From positions 21,305 to 85,304 of the forward strand of contig CAXXUM010000002.1 in NCBI GenBank assembly GCA_963664445.2: a stretch of DNA of 64,000 nt. The letters are read 5' to 3'. This document shows, in pieces, positions 18,998 through 26,956 of the stretch. The position numbers and the translations under genes are program-made. Origin of the DNA: an uncultured Paludibacter sp. Its GTDB lineage: Bacteria > Bacteroidota > Bacteroidia > Bacteroidales > Paludibacteraceae. The notes beneath the pieces are model-generated. The model was given only the letters and a program-made list of their open reading frames with translations. It was not told where the DNA came from and ran no database searches. Position 1 is the first letter of the stretch. Each line of letters starts with the position of its first letter.

Positions 18998-19576
18998 CTA
19001 AAGTCCACTTGCCGGCGAAATTGTTTCCTTCACATCCTCCATATAGAATGCTTCCAGACCCTCAATTTCCAGTATCGACGCAGCTATCTGCTCGCTATTG
19101 TATTGCTTTTCTATGGAGCCAAATTTATTGAGCAATTCCAGTTGTTCATCACTGCTCAGTGCCTTATCGGCCAGCTTGAAAAGTACATTGTTTTCCTTGC
19201 TGATATGATCGCGCAGCAAATCTACATAGCCCTGCATATAATGGTAAATTTCGGGCAAGGCCGATACGTTACCTGCTTTATATACATCTATTCGCTGGCT
19301 GATTCCTTTCACAAATTCCCGACCTTCCACATGCTCGTGAAGCATCACTGCCACTGGTCCGTGCACTTTCGAGAAACCCTTTTCTTCCAATAGCGGAAAT
19401 AATACCTGTTCCTCTTTGGCATGATGAAAACCATCGGCATAGGTTTCTATCAGGTTTACCACCAGTTCCATATGTGCCGTGTCGGTAGCACAATTCAGTA
19501 CCATTTTCCCCATCACATCTATCAACCTGAGGATGTAGACATGATCGTTTTCCAAATTTTGTGTTGCTGTGTTCAT
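18998..19576 (-). CDS. Hemerythrin-like (HHE cation-binding) domain protein
   Basis: Spaced His/Glu ligand motifs are present: ENDHV, FHHAKEE, MLHEHVEGRE, DHISKEN. Confidence 0.65.
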   Translation of the reverse strand: MNTATQNLENDHVYILRLIDVMGKMVLNCATDTAHMELVVNLIETYADGFHHAKEEQVLFPLLEEKGFSKVHGPVAVMLHEHVEGREFVKGISQRIDVYKAGNVSALPEIYHYMQGYVDLLRDHISKENNVLFKLADKALSSDEQLELLNKFGSIEKQYNSEQIAASILEIEGLEAFYMEDVKETISPASGL

Positions 19577-19670
19577 TTCAAGTAGATTTATCTAAATTGT
19601 TCCAATCTTATAACTTTAATCAGCATTTTTTGTTCAATAAAAATTCATATTTTTGAAGATATATCTAACT

Positions 19671-19707
19671 AAAAAGCATCTCATGACATGTATCACGAGA
19701 TGCTTTG
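19671..19707 (-). terminator. Terminator after ald
   Basis: AAAGCATCTC / GAGATGCTTT stem, followed by TTTTTA on the minus strand. Confidence 0.65.
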
Positions 19708-19738
19708 GGGTTAGAGCTGAAGAAAATAAATATATTTC

Positions 19739-20824
19739 TTACAGTCCAAAAGTATCAGCCACTGCCTTACAAACCACTTTACCATCAACAATATTCAAAC
19801 CTTTGCGGAGATCTTCGTTTTCTTCGCAGGCTTTTTCCCAACCCAGGTTCGCCAACTTCAACGCGTAAGGCAAAGTAGCATTGGTGAGTGCAAGGGTAGA
19901 GGTAAACGGTACTGCACCGGGAATATTCGCCACACAGTAGTGCAAAATACCATCCACGGTATACACAGGTTCGGCATGAGTGGTAGGGTGTGAGGTTTCG
20001 AAACATCCGCCCTGGTCGATAGCCACATCCACCAATACCGAGCCGGGTTGCATCAGTTTCAGCATGTCGCGGGTAATAAGGTGTGGCGCTTTAGCACCTG
20101 GTATCAGCACTGCACCAATCACCAAATCGGTATGAGGCAGCAATTCTTCAATATTGTAGGAAGTAGACATAAGGGTATCCACATTGGCCGGCATAATTTC
20201 GGCAAGGTAACGCAAGCGCGGCAACGAGATATCGGCTATGGTAACATGTGCGCCCAATCCGGCAGCCATCAGAGCAGCCTGTGTACCTACCACACCACCA
20301 CCCAATACCAATACATGAGCTGGTTTCACACCCGGTACGCCACCGAGCAAAATGCCTTTACCACCTTTGGGTTTCTCCAGGCAGCGTGCGCCATCCTGAA
20401 TAGACATGCGTCCTGCCACTTCCGACATAGGAATAAGCAGGGGTAAGGTGTGGTCGGCTTTTTCCACCGTTTCATAGGCCAGGCACACGGCTTTGCTTTC
20501 TATCATGGCCATGGTCAGTTCCTTGCCCGAGGCAAAGTGGAAATAGGTAAATACCAGTTGGTTGGGACGGATCAGTTTATATTCGCAGGCGATAGGTTCT
20601 TTCACCTTCATAATCATTTCGGCAGCAGCGTACACTTCGGCTGCGGTGGGGATAATCTCCGCACCTGCTTTGATGTATTGCAGGTCGGTAAAACCACTGT
20701 TCTCGCCGGCATGTGTTTCTACCATTACCGTATGTCCATGTTGAACCAATGTTTTAGCTCCCGATGGTGTCAAGGCAACGCGGCTCTCGTTGTTCTTGAT
20801 TTCTTTTGGAATTCCAATTTTCAT
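19739..20824 (-). CDS. ald: Alanine dehydrogenase
   Basis: 361 aa. The N-terminus is MKIGIPKEIKNNESRVALTP and the NAD-binding site is VLVLGGGVVG. Typical AlaDH/PNT architecture without the PntA membrane part. Confidence 0.85.
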   Translation of the reverse strand: MKIGIPKEIKNNESRVALTPSGAKTLVQHGHTVMVETHAGENSGFTDLQYIKAGAEIIPTAAEVYAAAEMIMKVKEPIACEYKLIRPNQLVFTYFHFASGKELTMAMIESKAVCLAYETVEKADHTLPLLIPMSEVAGRMSIQDGARCLEKPKGGKGILLGGVPGVKPAHVLVLGGGVVGTQAALMAAGLGAHVTIADISLPRLRYLAEIMPANVDTLMSTSYNIEELLPHTDLVIGAVLIPGAKAPHLITRDMLKLMQPGSVLVDVAIDQGGCFETSHPTTHAEPVYTVDGILHYCVANIPGAVPFTSTLALTNATLPYALKLANLGWEKACEENEDLRKGLNIVDGKVVCKAVADTFGL

Positions 20825-20928
20825 ATGCTTGTTTTTTTTATAGGTAAATAAAGTGAATGTATGTGTTGGTAAGTTTGATAAAGTGATTGTCCGAATCTAA
20901 TGTTGTACTTTTTATCTGTTCTATGTGA

Positions 20929-21190
20929 ATATCTGTTTTGTTACTTGATTGCTTTTACAATCGTTCGGGTATCGATTGACCTCGTCCGCTGAACCGAAAA
21001 ATGGAGTGAAGTAGGCGTAGAAAACTTTTCTGTTTGAGTCCCGACGTATTCCGTCGGGGCGAGTTAAAAAGTTTTCAGCCTACAAGCGACTAATTTTTCG
21101 AGTGAAGCGGGTGGAGTCTTGAACTTTTTTGCTTCGTTTTTTGGTTCAAGCCAAAAAATGAAGTGGGGTTTTAGGGGCAACGCCCCTGAT
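20929..21190 (+). repeat. Structured repeat family, copy B (most divergent, carries the compensatory changes)
   Basis: Same architecture as copy A, with both sides of several stems changed (for example CGAAAAAT/ATTTTTCG and GTAGGC/GCCTAC). Confidence 0.8.
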
Positions 21191-21587
21191 TATTCGAATT
21201 GAATATGAAATAGCTAATACTCTTCCCAAATACTTATTTCTGCATAAATACGCTGTAAAAATACAAGATTAATTTCAATTTGGAACATGAAATTAAATTT
21301 ATTTGCATCAGGACGCAAATAAATTTGATAAAGGCTTATTTGTAAGGACTTAGAGCCGGTTTTGAATCGTTTTCTGTAGGTGCGTATAAGTAGCAAAATG
21401 CTTGATTCTTACTATTTATTTACATAAAATACTGCTGATATACTACGAAAAATGCAGGTGTACTTACAGATTGAAATCAATCCGATACGTACACCTGCAT
21501 CCAGTGGGATGAGGGGTGATTTGTAGGTCTAAGCAGTTCAGATAATATTATTGATCCAATCAAGACTCAGATTCTTATGCTAAGTCG

Positions 21588-21808
21588 TCGGTTTCAAATC
21601 GACCTCGTCTGGTGAACCGAAAAACAAGTGAAGTTGGCGGTTAAAAATCGTCCTGTTTGAGTTCCGACGTATTTCGTCGGAGCGAGTTTGGACGATTTCA
21701 GCCAACTGAGCGTAAGTTTTTCGAGTGAGGCAGGCGTAGTCTTGACTTTTTTGCTTACTTTTTGTGTTAAGACAAAAAGTAAGTTAGGGTTTGGGGCGGA
21801 AGCCCCGA
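21588..21808 (+). repeat. Structured repeat family, copy C
   Basis: Nearly identical to copy A in the 5' two thirds and to copy D in the 3' third. Confidence 0.8.
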
Positions 21809-21846
21809 CAGAATTGCCGCTTTGTGGCAAAAATACCTTTTCCTTC

Positions 21847-21874
21847 GCCTCAGCCTCAGCCTCAGCCTCAGCCT
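21847..21874. repeat. (GCCTCA)4.7 hexanucleotide microsatellite
   Basis: GCCTCAGCCTCAGCCTCAGCCTCAGCCT ends 4 nt before the stop codon (21879-21881) of the minus-strand DUF4249 gene. Confidence 0.9.
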
Positions 21875-21878
21875 TCTC

Positions 21879-22847
21879 CTATAACCTTATTATCTTCACT
21901 GTGCTCGAATAACTTCCAAACACACCCAATCCATTTTTTATGTTGCAATGAATCTGAACCGGCTCGGAGAATACATTATCCTCGTTGGCCACTGCCCGGG
22001 TGCGCAGGTAGAGATAATAATCTTTGCTGATTTGCTGAAGAGCAATGATAAGTTCTTGTTTAGTCTCTTTAGGTCGATTGTAGAATGTAATCACATTTTG
22101 ACTCAACTTAAACTTAAGTGTATATTCTTTTCCATTGATAATGTCATCCGAAAACACACAAAACGGATTACTGTCATCCTCAGTTTGTAGCGGATCGGAT
22201 GAGTAAGCTTCCGGATCAATATTGTCAGTAATATGTACGAATTCATAACCGCTTTCGCCTTCAAAAGTGGATTTTCTCACGACAGCCAATCTGTAATAAT
22301 TTTTTTCGCTGCCTTTATCCTTCATTTTTATTTTGAATTCACAATCATAGTTTCTACTTTTGCCAATGGTATCATAAACCTGAGTGTCATTGGAATTTAG
22401 CTTGGTATGATAGTCCAGGAGGTAACCGCCTGTTGACGAAGTCACAGTAGTATCTACCGATACTATTTCCGGTCGGGTAAGTACCTTATCCTGGCAGCTC
22501 ACGTCCGTTTTGTTAGGAACGGTTACAACCAGTTTTATTATTTCGCCAATCGTCGGGATGTAGGTGCCTGTGTAGTTTCCTTTATCGGTATGAATCATTT
22601 TTTCTTTAAACACATCATTCACATAGACCGATACGGTGGCATTTTCTATGCCGGTGATCGTGCTTTCCTCTTCCAGAAAGAACTTGCTTTCGGATACGTT
22701 GGCCGATACTACCGAGTCGGGCGATACAAAACTGTTGACCACCAATACGGATTTGGTCATTGTTCCTTTAAACTCCACATCTTTCTCGCAAGATGCGAAC
22801 AAAACGAGGCTTATTATCAGGCTTAAATATATTTTTACAGATTTCAT
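21879..22847 (-). CDS. DUF4249-like lipoprotein, partner of the upstream TonB-dependent receptor
   Basis: Lipobox LFASC. Paralogous to 25956..26945 (shared SCEK, FSEP.QI, G.G.FGSY.S). Lies 27 nt downstream of the receptor gene. Confidence 0.6.
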   Translation of the reverse strand: MKSVKIYLSLIISLVLFASCEKDVEFKGTMTKSVLVVNSFVSPDSVVSANVSESKFFLEEESTITGIENATVSVYVNDVFKEKMIHTDKGNYTGTYIPTIGEIIKLVVTVPNKTDVSCQDKVLTRPEIVSVDTTVTSSTGGYLLDYHTKLNSNDTQVYDTIGKSRNYDCEFKIKMKDKGSEKNYYRLAVVRKSTFEGESGYEFVHITDNIDPEAYSSDPLQTEDDSNPFCVFSDDIINGKEYTLKFKLSQNVITFYNRPKETKQELIIALQQISKDYYLYLRTRAVANEDNVFSEPVQIHCNIKNGLGVFGSYSSTVKIIRL

Positions 22848-22874
22848 TGTTGTATTTTTTTTAATGGAAAAGGA

Positions 22875-25376
22875 TTAAAATTTATAGCTATAACTTACTG
22901 ATGGTATGATAGGAAAAATAGAATACTGAGTCAGTTTTTTGGTTGTTTTGCTCGTATTTGTTGCCGGGTCGTAGGTGTATTTGTCGTTCTGCATCGTGAT
23001 GAAAGGGTTCTTCTGATTGTAGGCGTTGTACACGCTGATATTCCAGGTTCTGATACCATGTTTGCGTTGCTTGTGAAAGTTCATGCCAATGTCCAGACGA
23101 TGATAAGGCGCGTAGCGGTAATTGTTGCGCGATCCCACGTAGGGCAAATAGACATTGTATTGAGATGATGAAGAAGAGTAGCCATAACTGTATTCCGATG
23201 AAGTTTGATAATTGCCGGGCAGTGTTGTACCGGCAAAGTTCTGCAGTGCCAATGTCCCGCAGCTACCGGTGCTGTAGGTCCAGGTGGTAGCTATGTCGAA
23301 TTTTTCGGAGAACTTATGCGACAGCACGATATTGATATTGTGTCTGCGGTCGTATTTTGCGGGGAAAGCTACTCCGTTGTTCAATTCTTCCCCCTCGCGG
23401 TCAAACAGTCGCTCTGTTTTCGACCAGGTATACCCAACCCAACCGGTAGTTTTTCCTACTGTTTTTTGTGCCAGAAATTCTATGCCATAAGCCCATCCGC
23501 GACCCATGCTCACCTTATCTTCCCATCCGGTACTCGACCCCAGAAAGCTTGCACCGTCTTTGTACTCAATCAGATTATCCATTGACTTGTAATATCCCTC
23601 TACCGACAGATCGAATAAATTCAGCAGGTTATAGAAAGCACCCAGCGAGTATTGACTGGACTTCATAGGGGCGATGCGTTTGGTAACCGGTACCCACAAG
23701 TCGGTAGGCAGGCTGATATTACTGTTCGAAAGCAAGTGAATATATTGACTCATGTAAGCATAGCCGGCTTTCAACGATAGTTTGTCGTTAAGCAAAATAC
23801 GTGCACCCAGCCGGGGTTGTAATGAATTGTAAAATTGGTTTTGCACAATAAAATTGGAGTAATGTAGTCCGGCATTTAGTTTAAATATCCGGTTGATACT
23901 GATATTATCTTCGGCATATATCATCGTTTCGTGCGCACTTACATTTTTATCGCCAACGGTAGTATCATTACGTTCGGTGCTACTGTCTTCTATCGTTTTA
24001 GACTTTGCCACCAACACACCGGGACGAAAAGTGTGGAAGGTGTAGTTGGCTCCGAATTTTATATCATGATTGGAATTAGGGGTGTAGTCAAAATCTACCT
24101 TTCCCGAATAGTCAACAATACCCGATTTATATCTGACACTTGTCGTTTCTTTCGAGTAGTTTGCCGGCGAAGTGGTACTCCATTCGTAATCCGTGCCAAT
24201 ACCCATGTCGAAACGATAACGGGTAAAGGCTGCTGTGGTATTCATAAACAGCTTATTGTTTATCAGATGATTCCAACGCAAGGCACTGATGATATTTCCC
24301 CATTTCCAGTCCACTTTGTCAATATCTGTTCTTTTATAGGTGTTGGTTGAGCCGGAATTATAATTATCAGAGCCACTATTGTAAGTGTACTGATCATTTA
24401 CATTAATCACATCGTCTCCCATATATGTGCTCAGAAATAGCTTGTCTCTGTCTGAGATGCGATGAGATATTTTAGCGTTCAAATCATAAAAATAATATCC
24501 TCCGGTGGTTTTATCCGATGTGCTTTTAGAATTGGCCATTGCCATAAAGGGTTTTGCCAACAAATCGGCATAGGTTCTGCGGGCAGATATATTGAAGGTG
24601 GTTTTATCGCTGAAAAGTGGTCCTTCAAGGTTGATCTTTGAGGATATAAGTCCAATGGTAAAGTTTCCATGTAGTTTCTTGTTATTACCATCCTTCATTT
24701 GTATGTCCACTACCGACGAAAGTCTCCCTCCAAACCTTGCCGGGAAACTGCCCTTGTAAAGGGTTACATTTTTAATAGCATCGGCATTGAAAACCGAGAA
24801 GAAACCAAACAGGTGATTCACATTGTACACCGGAACGCCATCGAGCAATAGCAGGTTCTCATCCGGTCCGCCACCACGTACGTGAAATCCTGCTGATCCT
24901 TCTGTTCCTGCTTTAACACCGGGCAACAACTGCAATGCTTTCAGTACATCTGTTTCGCCAAACAGGGCAGGAATCGTTTTTATCTGTGTTATAGGTATGT
25001 CTATAGCACTCATTTGTGAGCCCTTTACACCCAGTTCCTTGCGGTTAGCTATAACCACTACTTCTTTCAGTTCAGTGGCTTCTTGTAGCTGAATGTTTAT
25101 AACCGTGTCTTTCGATAGTTTGAATACGCGCTGCTCACCACGATACCCAACGTAAGAGTAGGAGAGAGACACCTCGCTCTTAGGCAGCGTAAGTGAGTAA
25201 AAACCGTATGCATTGCTTACCGTTCCTTTGCCCGATTTTGCTTCGAATACCGAAGAACTAATAAGTGTTTCACTACTTTTAGCATCGCTGATATAGCCGC
25301 TTACTGTATAGCTTTGCGCCTGACCAACCACTGTAACAAACAGAAAAATGTAACATAATAGAAAGTTTCTTTTCAT
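22875..25376 (-). CDS. TonB-dependent receptor with N-terminal CarboxypepD_reg-like domain
   Basis: Signal peptide, YTVSGYISDAKSSETLI (carboxypeptidase-regulatory-like), a plug region (LLLLDGVPVYNVNH) and a barrel ending in the aromatic SYSYKF. Confidence 0.85.
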   Translation of the reverse strand: MKRNFLLCYIFLFVTVVGQAQSYTVSGYISDAKSSETLISSSVFEAKSGKGTVSNAYGFYSLTLPKSEVSLSYSYVGYRGEQRVFKLSKDTVINIQLQEATELKEVVVIANRKELGVKGSQMSAIDIPITQIKTIPALFGETDVLKALQLLPGVKAGTEGSAGFHVRGGGPDENLLLLDGVPVYNVNHLFGFFSVFNADAIKNVTLYKGSFPARFGGRLSSVVDIQMKDGNNKKLHGNFTIGLISSKINLEGPLFSDKTTFNISARRTYADLLAKPFMAMANSKSTSDKTTGGYYFYDLNAKISHRISDRDKLFLSTYMGDDVINVNDQYTYNSGSDNYNSGSTNTYKRTDIDKVDWKWGNIISALRWNHLINNKLFMNTTAAFTRYRFDMGIGTDYEWSTTSPANYSKETTSVRYKSGIVDYSGKVDFDYTPNSNHDIKFGANYTFHTFRPGVLVAKSKTIEDSSTERNDTTVGDKNVSAHETMIYAEDNISINRIFKLNAGLHYSNFIVQNQFYNSLQPRLGARILLNDKLSLKAGYAYMSQYIHLLSNSNISLPTDLWVPVTKRIAPMKSSQYSLGAFYNLLNLFDLSVEGYYKSMDNLIEYKDGASFLGSSTGWEDKVSMGRGWAYGIEFLAQKTVGKTTGWVGYTWSKTERLFDREGEELNNGVAFPAKYDRRHNINIVLSHKFSEKFDIATTWTYSTGSCGTLALQNFAGTTLPGNYQTSSEYSYGYSSSSSQYNVYLPYVGSRNNYRYAPYHRLDIGMNFHKQRKHGIRTWNISVYNAYNQKNPFITMQNDKYTYDPATNTSKTTKKLTQYSIFPIIPSVSYSYKF

Positions 25377-25406
25377 AAATAAATAGTTGTTGAGTTAAAT
25401 TAGGCG

Positions 25407-25414
25407 CAAAGATA
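25407..25414 (-). promoter_or_regulatory. -7 box (TATCTTTG) for TBDR cassette 1
   Basis: 31 nt upstream of ATG 25376. Confidence 0.55.
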
Positions 25415-25557
25415 GTTAATGACAATTGTCGGTTAACAATGGCTGCGTCAAATTTAAAGTTAATTATATAAATTTATGAACTTTGTTAATGTTGTGTTGG
25501 ATGCATAGATCTAAATAGATATGATTTAAACAAATATATTTTTCCGCTCTTTTCTCA

Positions 25558-25699
25558 GGTTCGGTGCTACGCACCTTATAAATAGTCTTTTCTTATAATT
25601 CTACAAATGGTTCGCAACTACTTTGCTTTTAGGTGCATAGCACCGTACTATTTGTAGAAAAATTAAACGCAGAAAACAAAGGTGCGTAGCACCGAACCT
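25558..25699. repeat. Nested inverted repeat between the two TBDR-DUF4249 cassettes
   Basis: A perfect 21-nt inverted repeat, AGGTTCGGTGCTACGCACCTT (25558-25578) and AAGGTGCGTAGCACCGAACCT (25679-25699). An inner 13-bp stem lies at about 25599-25659. There are three GGTGC-nnn-GCACC mini-palindromes. Confidence 0.7.
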
Positions 25700-25865
25700 A
25701 AAATGTAGATTGAAATAAGAACGTGTTTTTTTAAAGGTAATCCTTGTTTTTTTTGCACCTCACATTTCAGGATTCTATGATCTACTTTTAATAGATTATG
25801 CGCTTTTTGCTTATATCGAACTCATGTTAATCTATTAGATGGTAATCTAAGATAGATCTGCAATG

Positions 25866-25903
25866 AAAAAGCCCTCCTGTTCGATTTCGAATAGGAGGGC
25901 TTT
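25866..25903 (-). terminator. Terminator after the second DUF4249 gene
   Basis: AAGCCCTCCT / AGGAGGGCTT stem, followed by a T5 run on the minus strand. Confidence 0.7.
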
Positions 25904-25955
25904 GGTAAACAAAACAACCTGATTTTGTTTGCAATATGCTTATGTATGAAGGTTT

Positions 25956-26945
25956 TTACAAATTTACTTTTAGTACATTGCTTGCGTAACTTCCTACCAG
26001 ACCAATTCCTCCATTTATATTGTTGAATATCTGGATCGGTTCAGAGAAGAGCTGATTAGCTGTTTTCTGATCAGATCGGGTTTTTAAAAACAAATAGAAG
26101 TTATTGCAAACCGACTGCAAATCAATCTCTACTGTCTTCTTTGGTAACGGTCTTTGATATTCGGGTAGGTAGATACTTGCTGTGTCGTTGATGGTAAACG
26201 AAAGCGGATATGTTTTTCCATTGATAAGATCGTCGGTGAAAACATGAAATTGATTTTTGGTTTCATTGATAGCCGGAATGCCGGGTAATAAATCTTTCGT
26301 GTTGCCGGAAACGATGTCATCCAGTGTATAATCATAGTTCACCTTTTTTTGACCGTTGAAAGTGCTTGTTTGGTTTACTACCAGGCGGTAATAGTTTTTC
26401 ATGTTTGCGGCATCTGTAAAAGTAAGGATGTACCGAATGGTTCTGAACCTGTATTTACCCACTACTATCGTTTCTGTCTTCGATAATCCATTATCAACGG
26501 TGTTTACAGTTTCAATGATGGGTTTTGCTCCTGTCCAGGTAACGGTAGAGTCAAGTTTCAGAATATTCGCTTGAGGATAAATAGTTGTTTCGCCGCTGAT
26601 TTCTTCTTTTTCAGGAACCTTCACCACTAATTTTACGATATCTCCAACCGCCGGTTTAGTGCTGGAAATGTATTTCCCGTTTGTAGTATATTGCATTGTT
26701 TCTTTCAAAGTGCCATTGCAATAGATGGATACTTCGGCATTTTCCACTGCTTTGAAAAGATAATCGTTGTTTAGAAAAAACTGACTTTCCGACACATTTG
26801 CCACGATGGTGGAGTCAGGTGTGATAAAACTATTGAGTACAATTTGCGATTCGGTAGATTGTCCATCAAAGTCGATTTCTTTTTCACAAGATGTAAAAAT
26901 TGAAATGCTCAGCAAAACAAACCATATGATATGTAGTGTTTTCAT
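25956..26945 (-). CDS. DUF4249-like lipoprotein (second copy)
   Basis: Lipobox IFTSC. Same architecture and C-terminal FSEPIQIFNNINGGIGLVGSYAS block as 21879..22847. Confidence 0.6.
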   Translation of the reverse strand: MKTLHIIWFVLLSISIFTSCEKEIDFDGQSTESQIVLNSFITPDSTIVANVSESQFFLNNDYLFKAVENAEVSIYCNGTLKETMQYTTNGKYISSTKPAVGDIVKLVVKVPEKEEISGETTIYPQANILKLDSTVTWTGAKPIIETVNTVDNGLSKTETIVVGKYRFRTIRYILTFTDAANMKNYYRLVVNQTSTFNGQKKVNYDYTLDDIVSGNTKDLLPGIPAINETKNQFHVFTDDLINGKTYPLSFTINDTASIYLPEYQRPLPKKTVEIDLQSVCNNFYLFLKTRSDQKTANQLFSEPIQIFNNINGGIGLVGSYASNVLKVNL

Positions 26946-26956
26946 ATTCCAATTTT

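Noticed and set aside
21214-21396. 60-aa ORF in the spacer between repeat copies B and C
   Set aside because: It is AT-rich and low-complexity, with no ribosome-binding or promoter context and no recognisable domain. It was treated as non-coding.
21847-21881. Idea that the (GCCTCA)n tract mediates phase variation of the DUF4249 gene
   Set aside because: The repeat lies after the stop codon and its unit length is a multiple of three, so length changes cannot switch the reading frame.
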